A DNA stretch of 52,301 nt from a virus (taxonomy: Duplodnaviria; Caudoviricetes): positions 1 to 52,301 of the IMG/VR virus record IMGVR_UViG_3300017658_000249. One strand, written 5' to 3'. Of this stretch, positions 40,844 through 50,617 are shown one piece after another (position 1 is the first letter of the stretch; every line of letters begins with the position of its first letter). The translations under genes and the position numbers were made by a program. The notes beneath the pieces are model-generated. The model saw only the letters and a list, made by a program, of their open reading frames with translations. It did not search any database and was not told the DNA's origin.

Positions 40844-42573
40844 GATGCGACTCTTCCACTTCCAGCAATAGCGTGAATTTTGAACTGCTTGCCATTCGAG
40901 GTGACGATCCGCAGGGCGAGTGATTGCCCCGAGGGTTGTCCGGAAACGTCAATTTCCGTTGCCCGCCACAATTTTAATGTCCCAAGATTGCCAAGCTGCT
41001 CGAGGTTCCCCTGTTGCCAGGTATTCCCCCCGTCGCGAGAAGCATAGAGCCGCACATCAGATCCTAATGCCTCGATTTCATTCACCAGGAAATGAGCATC
41101 AACCAGTGCCGGTTCGATATTCAATGTCTGGCCCGTAATCCTCAGATCGAGGTCATCATCTCCGTCATAAAGCACCCTAGTGGGGAAGAGTGACCCTGTG
41201 TCTGCCGTAAATCCGCTCACACTACTAGTAGTGACATCTCCAGCAATAAATGATCGCAGCTTGGGTGGGCCAATCGATACAGTCCCGGGATTCCCCGCAG
41301 AAGGATAATAATAGGCAATACGATAAGTTCCGGCACCGGGTACGGCATAGGGAGCATCTAATAATACCCTATTCCATCCGGATGCTACAGTTGAAACAGT
41401 TTGCTCCGTCACGTACGAGTAATTTGACGAAGAGTTCTCTAGCAAGATTTTTAATTTCAAATTTACCAATCCTACTGGAGTGTAGAAATAGATTTGCGTT
41501 AGATTCGCACTATTAGTAAGACTATAACTTCTATTAACGTTTGTGTACGCTGGGGGAACTGAGGCAGTTGCCCCCGTTGTCGAGGCGGGTAAGAACCTAA
41601 CAACTCCGCTTTCACTGATGTCAACATCCACAGAATTTACTGTGTCAATAATTGTTTTCGACGTAAAGTTGTTAGCAAAACCGTTCAGGCTATAGAACGG
41701 AGCAGCCAGAAATTTCGAGATCTGCATGTCACGTTGTGCAAAGTCGGCGATCGGTGACATCTCTGGCAGCTGAAATGCTGAAACTTTACCGTCTACCAAA
41801 TCCGCCTTCGCAGACAGAATATCTGCCAGACCTGCAATATTGTCATGGCTCAGTGAGTCCTGAACAGCGAGTTCGCCCAGACCGAGATTATTTCGAGCTG
41901 TTGCAGCATCATGCAGGTCCGACAAGTCTGCTGAAACCTTTAATTGAGCGTCATTGCTGACATTGCTCAATCCAATTTGTGACTGAGTGACATTGTGCGG
42001 GTTACTGGTATCTCCAGCATGGCTTGAGAGTGCTGATGCCGTCGCAGCTCCCACATCGCTGGCTGCCAAAACAACTGTTCCCGTCTGCCCGTTGACCGAT
42101 TGCACGCTGACGGAGGGCAAAGCCACCTGCAGCCAGTTCTCGGCATCAGTCGGATCGTCTGTCGTGAGCCAGACTGCAGACTGCAGGTCTGTGCGGTAAC
42201 AATAATCGCCCCGCTGACCAGACAGAGCTGTCATCGACGATTCATTCTCGACTGAGCCAAGAAATTCGCTAATAGCGATGGCAGGTATCTGCGCGGTCGG
42301 GATCACTCCGCTAACGAGATCCGCCTTGGCTGCTAATGCATTATCAACAGCAATGTTAAGGGCGTATTGCTGATGAGGATTTGGCTCAGCGACGTGACTG
42401 TCAACGGCAGCTGCTGCTGTGCCAGCCGCTTCGGCTCCGAGGCTTTGCAGCGTGACCCCCAGATAGACATGCTTGCCAGTCTCTGCATCCCAGGCAATCA
42501 CGTCACCATGAGATCGGGCTGAATCGTTGACGTCACGGAGTTTCGAAAGTTTCGGGCGAGAATAACCGTTCAT
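40840..42573 (-). CDS. Fibre-like structural protein inserted in the head module
   Basis: Fibre-shaft motifs NPHQQY, SVNGQTGTVVL, NPHNVTQSQIGL and NNLGLG; AT-richer beta-sandwich C-terminal part. Confidence 0.7.
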   Translation of the reverse strand: MNGYSRPKLSKLRDVNDSARSHGDVIAWDAETGKHVYLGVTLQSLGAEAAGTAAAAVDSHVAEPNPHQQYALNIAVDNALAAKADLVSGVIPTAQIPAIAISEFLGSVENESSMTALSGQRGDYCYRTDLQSAVWLTTDDPTDAENWLQVALPSVSVQSVNGQTGTVVLAASDVGAATASALSSHAGDTSNPHNVTQSQIGLSNVSNDAQLKVSADLSDLHDAATARNNLGLGELAVQDSLSHDNIAGLADILSAKADLVDGKVSAFQLPEMSPIADFAQRDMQISKFLAAPFYSLNGFANNFTSKTIIDTVNSVDVDISESGVVRFLPASTTGATASVPPAYTNVNRSYSLTNSANLTQIYFYTPVGLVNLKLKILLENSSSNYSYVTEQTVSTVASGWNRVLLDAPYAVPGAGTYRIAYYYPSAGNPGTVSIGPPKLRSFIAGDVTTSSVSGFTADTGSLFPTRVLYDGDDDLDLRITGQTLNIEPALVDAHFLVNEIEALGSDVRLYASRDGGNTWQQGNLEQLGNLGTLKLWRATEIDVSGQPSGQSLALRIVTSNGKQFKIHAIAGSGRVAS

Positions 42574-44129
42574 AAATTCTTCCCTTTCTCGTTGCCCCAG
42601 GCCAGCGTTGCCGCCACGGTGTCCGCGGTTGGCAATCGCAAGATTTCCCGCCAGTCGAGTTTGGCATTACTGAATTCGGCATTGATCAGACCGGCTTCCA
42701 GCAGTGCCTTGCGGATGATGTTGGCATTGTCCGCCACGATCTCGGAGCTGATTGTCTCCCAATCCCGGCCGCGGGCTGCCTGCAGTCGGCGCTTGCTGTT
42801 GAGCAGCTTCGTATCCTGCAGTTCATCCGCAGCGGCGTCCTTCAGGGGTTCAAGATATGGCCAGCTGGGAGGATTCCAGGTGTGATTGAACAGTCTGATG
42901 TCCGAGCGGCTGACCATCCGGGCGAGGACCGCATCCGTTGCCATCCACTGCCGCAGTTTCCATTCATAGACAGGCGTGTGGAAAACCTGGATGAACCATT
43001 GTTGGATTTGCCGCCAGCGTTGCCGCGCCTGGTCCATCGCGCCGCGCCAGCCCGAAAAATTGGTCTCACTCGGATCGAGCAACAGGACCGCCACCGGCAG
43101 ATCCAGGTTAATGGCGATGAATGTGAGAATCAGCATCGTGTGGTCGCGGAAATTCGGTCCGGGCACATCGGCCGAAAACATCGAGAGCTTCTCACCTTTC
43201 TCGCCAGCCACATCAAGGCCGGCCGCCAGTCCTTCGATGGCCCGCGTGTACCCATGAGTCTCTTCCTCGGATGGCTCACCGAGATGACTCGGCCGGGCCG
43301 GCGGCTCCCAGATCTCTCCCCGTTCGCGCACGATGGCAATCAGCGCACCAATCTGTTGCTTCACGAGATTGGCGAACTGAATATCATCATGCGCGCCGAT
43401 CGTGAACGAGGTCGGAGCAAAGCAAGTGATTCCACGGCGCTGAGAGAACCGGTAAGGTTCATAAATATGGAGCACCTGGCGATGCCCGTCCGTATCCCGG
43501 GCTTTGTATCGGGCCACATCCGAGACGCGGGAGAGCGGCTGGTTCAGCCCCAGGTCATCTTTCGTGATCCAATACTCTTCCCGCCTGGCTCGCTCGGAGA
43601 GCAGGACTCCATGCACCACATTGCGAGTGGTTCCAGAGGGAGTCCGCACGCGATGCGATTCCACCGGTTGCAACGATCCCTCGCGCAGCGGGAGGAAAAA
43701 ACAGTCTCCATCCGTGATGACCTGGTCGATCGTCAGGCGCTCGAGCTGCTGAAACGTCAATTCCTGCTCGGAGTGACACTGGTCCGGATGCTCCGACCAG
43801 TCAATCCAGCGGTCGGTCAGATCTTTGTCGAGCTCCTTATCACCTGTATCAACATCCAGATTGAAGCCATCTTGGATGATGTTTGACACCAGCCGACGGA
43901 CGCCCTGCCCCACAACAGGATCTTCCCGCCGATAGAACCTGGCCCGTTCGAGCATGTGGAGCCATTGGCGTTCGTTCCGGTAATGATAGTCCGCACCGGA
44001 TCCGCTGGGACGCACCCCCTTCAGCCGAGAGTGAAACCGCGAATCCTCACCCATTCGGAAATCGGATCGGAGATCATTCCAGGCTTGCTGGAAATCCAGA
44101 CGGGTGTGTGATGAGCGATGGCGCGACAT
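42570..44129 (-). CDS. Portal protein, lambda family
   Basis: SGADYH, RARFYRRED, DGDCF, QRRGIT, NFSGWRG and WPYLEPLKD. Confidence 0.92.
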   Translation of the reverse strand: MSRHRSSHTRLDFQQAWNDLRSDFRMGEDSRFHSRLKGVRPSGSGADYHYRNERQWLHMLERARFYRREDPVVGQGVRRLVSNIIQDGFNLDVDTGDKELDKDLTDRWIDWSEHPDQCHSEQELTFQQLERLTIDQVITDGDCFFLPLREGSLQPVESHRVRTPSGTTRNVVHGVLLSERARREEYWITKDDLGLNQPLSRVSDVARYKARDTDGHRQVLHIYEPYRFSQRRGITCFAPTSFTIGAHDDIQFANLVKQQIGALIAIVRERGEIWEPPARPSHLGEPSEEETHGYTRAIEGLAAGLDVAGEKGEKLSMFSADVPGPNFRDHTMLILTFIAINLDLPVAVLLLDPSETNFSGWRGAMDQARQRWRQIQQWFIQVFHTPVYEWKLRQWMATDAVLARMVSRSDIRLFNHTWNPPSWPYLEPLKDAAADELQDTKLLNSKRRLQAARGRDWETISSEIVADNANIIRKALLEAGLINAEFSNAKLDWREILRLPTADTVAATLAWGNEKGKNL

Positions 44130-44144
44130 GTGGAATCCTAGTTG

Positions 44145-44429
44145 TCAGTCGCGGCTGTGTCCCAGGTCGAAACACCGCGATCCGCCCCGCGCGGTCGATC
44201 GCCGCGCATCGATCCAGGACTGGGCGCGATCCAGTTCCCGGCGAATGAGATCGGCGTTGGTTTCGATCTGTTGGCCATCATTGCCGGCCCGCTTCGGCAG
44301 TCGCCGGAGCAGGATCCGGCAGGCGGCGACGAACATCTGGGCCTGCGAGACGGAACCATTCAGGTCATAAGCGGCATTGTCATCGTAAGCAGCGAAGACA
44401 TCTGCATTCGTCGACTGACTGTTGAGCAT
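44145..44429 (-). CDS. Putative head-tail joining protein (gpW position)
   Basis: Small gene immediately before the portal gene. Confidence 0.55.
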   Translation of the reverse strand: MLNSQSTNADVFAAYDDNAAYDLNGSVSQAQMFVAACRILLRRLPKRAGNDGQQIETNADLIRRELDRAQSWIDARRSTARGGSRCFDLGHSRD

Positions 44430-44524
44430 CACATCTTCCCACTGGAAAAAACGCACTCTATGAAATGTGCAGCACACGGGAACGCGGAATCCGCTTCGGA
44501 AAACCGGATTGATCACATGCGTGA

Positions 44525-44851
44525 TCAGGCTTGAGCGTCGAAGTCTTCCGGCATGGGGAGTTGATCGATCAGCCAGCGGAGCGCATCGGGTGCCCGCTGA
44601 ATCTCTTCCCCCTGGTGCATGAGTGAATACATCAGGGCGGTTATCTTGCGGGACTGGTCCGCGGTGAGCCGCATCTCAATGTGCCGCGCGCCGTAAAATG
44701 TGATCGGCGGAGTCAGCAGCACCGGCAATGCCAGCACGGTGCCGGAATCGGGATTTGGTGATGAAACCGCTGCGGGCTGCTCTCCGGTGCCTTCGCTTGC
44801 CGGCGGCACTTTCGTGGCTTTGGATTTCGTAGCTTTGGGCGATGTCGGCAT
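44525..44851 (-). CDS. Hypothetical protein (possible RHH-like C-terminus)
   Basis: GGAG RBS; RHIEMRLT..DALRWLIDQL. Confidence 0.6.
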   Translation of the reverse strand: MPTSPKATKSKATKVPPASEGTGEQPAAVSSPNPDSGTVLALPVLLTPPITFYGARHIEMRLTADQSRKITALMYSLMHQGEEIQRAPDALRWLIDQLPMPEDFDAQA

Positions 44852-44882
44852 GATTGACTCCGTGCATTGTTGTTGCGATGAG

Positions 44883-47237
44883 TTATCGACGAGTGATAAA
44901 AAAGGATCGACCATCAGGGAGTGGGGTGGCGCGGACGCGAGCCCGAGCACGTGGGGCAACAGGAGTCGGTACAGCATCCTTTCCGCCGATCCGAGCCCCC
45001 AGCATCGACGCCGCCACGCAGTTCCCGACGAAGCCATCCCACCAGTGGTTTTCCGTCTCGCCCGGACGCTTATCCCAGGCGTTGACTTTCGTGTCGCCTT
45101 CGAGTTGTCGCGCCTGTTCGGCCGCCAGTTGCCGCGCCAGAAACTCGTGATTCAGGCCACGATGGGCTTTGGAGCCGACCAGGGAGACACAGCCCGGATC
45201 ACCGATTGCCGTCAGCAAACGCCGCGCGGCGAAGTCCTTCCACGCGTAAGTGTCGATCAGGCAGTGCCGTCCCCTGTATTGGCCTCTGTAAGGTTTGCGG
45301 ACGAGCCAGCCGTCGCCGTGCAGTTCACCGGCGCGGGGCTTCCACTGGGCGAACGGCATCTGATTCGGTCCGATCTGTCGCCCCACCGATGGCAGCAGCC
45401 GCTGATCGTTTCGCGAATCGATCCATTTTTTGATGGTTCCGCCCATATATCCTGTATCGATGAGAATTTTTTCCGCTGACAGTTTCAGGCTGTCTTTTCG
45501 ACTGAACTGCTTTTCCAGCATGACATTGGCAAGTGCGTCCAGGCCCGCGGTCAAGGCGCCGTCCTGGCCAGTGCCGGGATGCTTCTCTTTAAGTGTCGGC
45601 CGAAAACTCCCCACGTAATAGGTCAGGCGGGATGTTTCCGGCCAGGAACCATAGGCCAGAATCGTCCCGGTGAAATCGGGAGCCCAGCTGCAGAGCATCC
45701 ACATCAGCACGCGATCGTGACAATCGATAAAACCTGTCACCCATTGTGTGTCCGGAGGCAGCACGCCGGGAGCATATCCGGAGTACTTCGAATTAATGAC
45801 ACTGGCATCCAGATGCAGATCCTCGGAAGTCGTCGGATCGGAGGGGGAGCCAGGCGTCATCAGCCAGTTCTGGTATTCGGAAAAAAATCCAACCGGGTCC
45901 CGGAAATAGAATTCCATCGCCTGGTGCAGCGCGGAAACGTGATAAGGCAGCTTCCGCGCATCCCAGGAGACCGCCCCATCGGTGTGCGCCTCCGCATAGA
46001 TTTTCTTGAGGAAGTCCGTCGCTTCGGGAGCCGGATCATCTTCATCGCTGTTGAGGTCGTCATCCTTCCTCAAGACTTTCCGGCGAAGTTCATCCCATTC
46101 TTCCCACAAGTCCATCCGCGTTGGCCAGCGAATGATCATGGCGGTGCGGTGTCCCTTCCATTCCGGATGTTTCTCCCGGTCCAGCATCCGGTCCGCCATG
46201 TCACCGCGCTGGATCACCGTGCAGGGCATGATCACGGAAATCTTTTGTCCCGGTCCCGCCATCCCCAGCACGGCGGAGGAAATCAGACGTTCCCGCTTCG
46301 CGGACTGCGTTGCACTTTCCGCGGATTCATCCGTCTGCGGATCGTCGAGGATCACCAGTGAGGGGCGATGCACTTTGTTGTCACGGGTGCGGAACTTCGA
46401 TCCGCGAATCGTCCCCGCTCCCAGGCCGCCTCCACCGATGATGGCGCCGCTGGCGGGAGAGCCCGCGACGGTCGGGAGAATCAGCCGGCGACCTGACCAC
46501 TGGATCGCCGTCCGTTCGCCATTGAGGGTCTGGCCCTTGGCTTTCTGGGCAATCCCTTCCAGGCACTGGATCGGATAGCAGACTTCGGGGAAGTCTTCCA
46601 GGAGGAGCTCGTTGCTCTCCAGCGCCGTCTTCATCGAGTCGAGCGCTTCATCCCGATATTTCTCGAATGTGCTGCAAATCAACATCACATAGTGATGATG
46701 ACCGTAAAGCACGGCCCACAGGACAGCCGCTTCACACAGGCAGGACTTTCCATTTCCGCGCGGCATCGCCACGGCGAACAGGCCGCCATGCAAGACGCAA
46801 CGTTCGATCCGCTGAATCACCAGCAGTTGTTCGGGAGACCAGCCGAGAAAAAAGATGTCCGGGAAATAGGATTCGCAGAACAACCGAAAGTTGTGCCGAC
46901 AGGCCTCCTTTCGCGCGGGATCGACAACATCCGGAAGGGGACCAATTTCCCGCCCGGCCCCGCTGATTGACGCCTGGCGTTTGCGAGTCCGTTCCTTGTG
47001 CCGTTCATACTTCTCAGCATCGGCAACCAGTTTGGCTGCATCGAACAGGAGCTGCGGATCCGGTTCATCAGCAACAGGCGTTTTCTGGCGACGTTTTCCA
47101 GACAGGTCGACCTTCTTTGGCTTGGTACCGGATCGAGCCTTCTTTTTGACAGCCTTCTTACGGACCGGTCGCGTGGCTGCGCGAGTTGAATTCCGCGCAG
47201 CAGCTTTCTTCACAGCTCGTTTTTTGAGAGCGACCAT
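44883..47237 (-). CDS. Terminase large subunit (gpA-like) with basic N-terminal extension
   Basis: Walker A MPRGNGKS, Walker B VILDDPQ, nuclease motifs GFIDC, LIDTGY and NHWWDG. Confidence 0.93.
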   Translation of the reverse strand: MVALKKRAVKKAAARNSTRAATRPVRKKAVKKKARSGTKPKKVDLSGKRRQKTPVADEPDPQLLFDAAKLVADAEKYERHKERTRKRQASISGAGREIGPLPDVVDPARKEACRHNFRLFCESYFPDIFFLGWSPEQLLVIQRIERCVLHGGLFAVAMPRGNGKSCLCEAAVLWAVLYGHHHYVMLICSTFEKYRDEALDSMKTALESNELLLEDFPEVCYPIQCLEGIAQKAKGQTLNGERTAIQWSGRRLILPTVAGSPASGAIIGGGGLGAGTIRGSKFRTRDNKVHRPSLVILDDPQTDESAESATQSAKRERLISSAVLGMAGPGQKISVIMPCTVIQRGDMADRMLDREKHPEWKGHRTAMIIRWPTRMDLWEEWDELRRKVLRKDDDLNSDEDDPAPEATDFLKKIYAEAHTDGAVSWDARKLPYHVSALHQAMEFYFRDPVGFFSEYQNWLMTPGSPSDPTTSEDLHLDASVINSKYSGYAPGVLPPDTQWVTGFIDCHDRVLMWMLCSWAPDFTGTILAYGSWPETSRLTYYVGSFRPTLKEKHPGTGQDGALTAGLDALANVMLEKQFSRKDSLKLSAEKILIDTGYMGGTIKKWIDSRNDQRLLPSVGRQIGPNQMPFAQWKPRAGELHGDGWLVRKPYRGQYRGRHCLIDTYAWKDFAARRLLTAIGDPGCVSLVGSKAHRGLNHEFLARQLAAEQARQLEGDTKVNAWDKRPGETENHWWDGFVGNCVAASMLGARIGGKDAVPTPVAPRARARVRATPLPDGRSFFITRR

Positions 47238-47261
47238 GGGCACAAGCCAGAGCAACTTGCT

Positions 47262-47903
47262 TTATGCGGCGGACGTTTCCAGGCGATCCGGCGCGGCATA
47301 AGGCTTGACCGCATAGGTCTCGCCGGCAGCAACCACGGTCAGACCGGTCGGCAGGTCTTTCTTCTTCAGCTTGCCGCTCCTGAAACGCTTCTGGATTGCG
47401 GAAAGATCCAGCTCGAACTTCAGCCGCAACCAGCCTTCCAGGCCGGTCTGTTCTAGGAGCCCATTGAGCAGATCCATCAACTTCTTGCGTTTCGCCAGCT
47501 TGTCGGCGACTTCCGCCGCCTTGACGGATTCTGCCAGGGCGACCGCGGCTGACTTCGACTTGTAGGAGACTTCTCCACAGGGGAACCGGGCTGTCTGAGT
47601 GTCGCCGAAGATGTCCTGTTTTGCTTTGGGCAGATAGGATTCAATCGCGGCAATGAGGGTTGATCGATATGTATCGGAGGGCGTGAGCACGCCGTCGACG
47701 TCCATCTGCAGTTCGGCGGCGCAGGCTTCATTGAGCTGATCGGTTTGCACTTTGCGATGGGCTTCGACCGCCTGCGTGCGGGCATCGATCGAGCCGATCA
47801 CAGCCACGGCCGCTGCCAGGTCCGCGGGAGTCTTCAGCCTGGGTTTGGCCCCGAACGTGGAAGCCGTGAAATTCGGGAATGCGTGTTTCACCATGTTCGT
47901 CAT
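47262..47903 (-). CDS. gam: Mu Gam-like host-nuclease inhibitor
   Basis: QTARFPCGEVSYK..LRLKFELDLSAI..GLTVV..ETYAVKP parallels Mu Gam. Start could be 47945 or 47894. Confidence 0.75.
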   Translation of the reverse strand: MTNMVKHAFPNFTASTFGAKPRLKTPADLAAAVAVIGSIDARTQAVEAHRKVQTDQLNEACAAELQMDVDGVLTPSDTYRSTLIAAIESYLPKAKQDIFGDTQTARFPCGEVSYKSKSAAVALAESVKAAEVADKLAKRKKLMDLLNGLLEQTGLEGWLRLKFELDLSAIQKRFRSGKLKKKDLPTGLTVVAAGETYAVKPYAAPDRLETSAA

Positions 47904-47941
47904 CCTTGACTGGTGCTTGACTGGTGGTGGAGGCCGCCGAT

Positions 47942-48166
47942 TCATTCGGCGGCGGGATCGAAAAAAAGTTGCCGCAGGATCCACTTGATGATCCAGCTCA
48001 GCAGCCAACTGGTAATCAGCGGGAACGCCCCTCGAACATCCTGCTCGATCTGCGTTTCCCCTTTACGCTGCCGGCCGGCCTGCAGTGCGGTGAGTTCGCC
48101 GTTGACATATTGCTCCGCCCAAGCCTTCACCTGGGATCGCGTGGGACGTTTACGGCGATGACTCAT
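47942..48166 (-). CDS. Small protein with amphipathic C-terminal helix
   Basis: FPLITSWLLSWIIKWILRQLF. Confidence 0.6.
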   Translation of the reverse strand: MSHRRKRPTRSQVKAWAEQYVNGELTALQAGRQRKGETQIEQDVRGAFPLITSWLLSWIIKWILRQLFFDPAAE

Positions 48167-48177
48167 GAGGGGCTCAC

Positions 48178-48363
48178 TTACTTGAAAAACGGCAACTTGT
48201 CGAATCTCGCTTTGAAGTCGGCCGCCGTCTGATTGGCGGCGCGAATCTGCTGCAGGAACTCAGGAACCTGCCGGGCCACCGGCGCGAGAATCAGGCACAG
48301 CCAGATCACCGCACCGGCCAGTGCGGCCCGGATCAACATCGAGATGGGAGGCTCTTGTTGCAT
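48178..48363 (-). CDS. Small single-pass membrane protein
   Basis: TM segment LIRAALAGAVIWLCLILA. Confidence 0.6.
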   Translation of the reverse strand: MQQEPPISMLIRAALAGAVIWLCLILAPVARQVPEFLQQIRAANQTAADFKARFDKLPFFK

Positions 48364-48370
48364 CGCTAGT

Positions 48371-48625
48371 TTACCTGGCCAGTGTCGGTTGTGGTTCGTC
48401 CGCTGCTCCCAGCGGAGAGCCAATCGGATGGCCGGGACGCACGACGCGCAAACTGGACCGGCAGTTCTCGAGAGATTCCGCCAATGTAGCTGCGCGGGCC
48501 TTGGTGTCCGCCAGCTCCTGACGAATCACTTCGTCCTGACTGACATGCCGGGCGGCCTGCCAGGCGATCACGCCGGTGATCACGGCTGCAGCGACAACGA
48601 AAAAAACGGTTCGAGGCTCATTCAT
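48371..48625 (-). CDS. Membrane-anchored coiled-coil protein (i-spanin-like layout)
   Basis: N-terminal TM segment then coiled coil. Confidence 0.55.
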   Translation of the reverse strand: MNEPRTVFFVVAAAVITGVIAWQAARHVSQDEVIRQELADTKARAATLAESLENCRSSLRVVRPGHPIGSPLGAADEPQPTLAR

Positions 48626-48715
48626 GGTGTCGAACTCCAAAGGTCAAGGTGCAAGGGGTGGGGAGGTTTCGATTTCGACTTCGCCGCAACGGGGGCAATG
48701 CATTTCCGGGTCCTA

Positions 48716-49726
48716 TCAGCGAAACAGTCGGAACAGCCGGCCACGCGGGCGGCAGACTCCACGCCGGCAGAACCTGGTCGCTGGCGCGTAGGATTGCTGT
48801 GGAACGTTGTTCACAGAACAGGACGGTGCCGCACAACTGGGGGCCTGGTCCCGGGCCGGCTCCGGAGGATCGAATGCCAGGGCATCCGCGTTGAACGTTG
48901 CGGCCCGGGGAACGTGCTGAGCGAAGACGGTGGCTGCACACATCTTGGCCACGTTGGCATTGGTCTGGTCCGATCCGGAGATGATCCCGATCAGGCTGCC
49001 ATCTTCTCCGACGATCGCGCCTCCCGAGTCGCCTTGCCGCGTCCCCGGAAACTGGGGATCCAGCGAGACGGTGCGATCCGCCGTGACAAATCCGGTCTGC
49101 ACCTGGTTGGTGCGCAGTCCGTACAGCCGGGCGGGCTCGAAGTACTCCGGCTCACGGATCGAAAGATAGGGGAGCTGCACTCCGGAAATGGAAAGGAACG
49201 CCGCGTCCCGCAGCCGGTTGTCAGCCCCAGGTATCGGTGTGATTCGGGCCAGATACTGTTGGCCGTTGACGGTCACACGGCATTGCGAGCCAGCCCGCTC
49301 CACCACATGCTGCGCGGTCACGAGCGTGGTGGGCCCAATGGCGACCGCCGATCCCCCATCCCCATTCGCACATTGAACGGGGAAGACGGCCTGGGTGAAT
49401 GAATGATCGACCGCTGCGGCCGGAGCGATGCCGGCCACTGGCTCAGGCGGTGCCGGCAATTCTTCGACCTCCGGAAACGCCGGAGCATCGGAGTCCGCAT
49501 CCGGCTCGATGTCCGGAGCGGGAGCCGCTGCGGCAACGGACTGGGAGGATACATCTGCCGGCGCTCCCAGCAGTTCCCCCACAATTCCCACGTCGCCAAA
49601 GTCGGTTGGCACCACGGCGGAAATCTCCGGCGTCTGCGGAGTCGCGGAGACATTGGGATCGGGGGCAGCCAGGGCCAGGAGGCCGATGACGCCCAGGAGC
49701 AGCAGATGGAGACGATTGGGTTGCAT
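48716..49726 (-). CDS. Secreted trypsin-like (S1) serine protease
   Basis: Signal peptide; catalytic motifs TAQHV, RDAA and GDSGG. Confidence 0.9.
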   Translation of the reverse strand: MQPNRLHLLLLGVIGLLALAAPDPNVSATPQTPEISAVVPTDFGDVGIVGELLGAPADVSSQSVAAAAPAPDIEPDADSDAPAFPEVEELPAPPEPVAGIAPAAAVDHSFTQAVFPVQCANGDGGSAVAIGPTTLVTAQHVVERAGSQCRVTVNGQQYLARITPIPGADNRLRDAAFLSISGVQLPYLSIREPEYFEPARLYGLRTNQVQTGFVTADRTVSLDPQFPGTRQGDSGGAIVGEDGSLIGIISGSDQTNANVAKMCAATVFAQHVPRAATFNADALAFDPPEPARDQAPSCAAPSCSVNNVPQQSYAPATRFCRRGVCRPRGRLFRLFR

Positions 49727-49762
49727 GATGATTGTCCTTTCCAAAGTTGATTTCGCGCGTGA

Positions 49763-50617
49763 TCAGCCAGCCAGGCGGTACTCGCGTGTCCGCGAATCCG
49801 CCGTTTCATCGCGAGGCAGAACGCTGATCGGATAGAACATGTCGCCCCTGGCTTTCTCCGGTGTGAGGACGCCATAGCCGTTGTCTCCCCATCGCGTGCC
49901 CCACGAATTGCGGAACACGAACCCGATCACTCCGCCTGCCAGCAGAACGACGTCGATGATCGTGACCTGGTGCCCCCACCAGTTCAGTCCGATCGTGACG
50001 GGGATGTTGAGCAGAACAGCCGTGGCCAATTGATTGAGATCACCACGAGGCAGCTCGCCCCACTGTTCGAGCCGGTGACGTTTGCAGGATTCCAGCACGG
50101 CCGGCGTGCGCAATCGCAAATTGATCTGATGTTCCCGCCATTCGGACTCCAGGCAGGTGCCATGCTGCGCAAGAAACTCGATGGCCTCGGCACCGTATCC
50201 TCCGCGGTTCCGTCCTCCGGTGATCATCGTGCCGGCGGCCGTCGCGGAGAGAGCCACATATCCATCCCCTTGCGTCGCTGACATGATCTGCTGCGTGTCC
50301 ACTGTCGAGTAAATCCAGCAGTAAAGAATCGGCCCTTGATCTTTGACGGGAATGTTCATCCCCTGGGGCCCGAGGATGTGCCGGAGTCCTGATCGCTCTT
50401 CATCCCGTTGCTTGATCTGAGCAATGATCTCTGACTTGGAAAACGGCTTGAGCGGTCGCAATGCGGCAAATCCACAGTTTCCATCGGGATGCCGCTGCTG
50501 GTCACGAGGCAGCATCGCACAACGGCGCACGATGCCATCGACTCTGGGATCGATGAACTTGTGAGCGTTGTTGTGGTCGATAATCGGCATGATGCCGATG
50601 GGCGAACAGTAAGGCAT
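49763..50617 (-). CDS. Papain-like (C1A) cysteine protease
   Basis: VKDQGPILYCW, WGHQV and FRNSWGTRWGDNGYG. Confidence 0.92.
   Translation of the reverse strand: MPYCSPIGIMPIIDHNNAHKFIDPRVDGIVRRCAMLPRDQQRHPDGNCGFAALRPLKPFSKSEIIAQIKQRDEERSGLRHILGPQGMNIPVKDQGPILYCWIYSTVDTQQIMSATQGDGYVALSATAAGTMITGGRNRGGYGAEAIEFLAQHGTCLESEWREHQINLRLRTPAVLESCKRHRLEQWGELPRGDLNQLATAVLLNIPVTIGLNWWGHQVTIIDVVLLAGGVIGFVFRNSWGTRWGDNGYGVLTPEKARGDMFYPISVLPRDETADSRTREYRLAG

Noticed and set aside
26174-42573. Diversity-generating retroelement or invertible fibre cassette
   Set aside because: No reverse transcriptase, TR/VR pair or invertase with flanking repeats was recognised.
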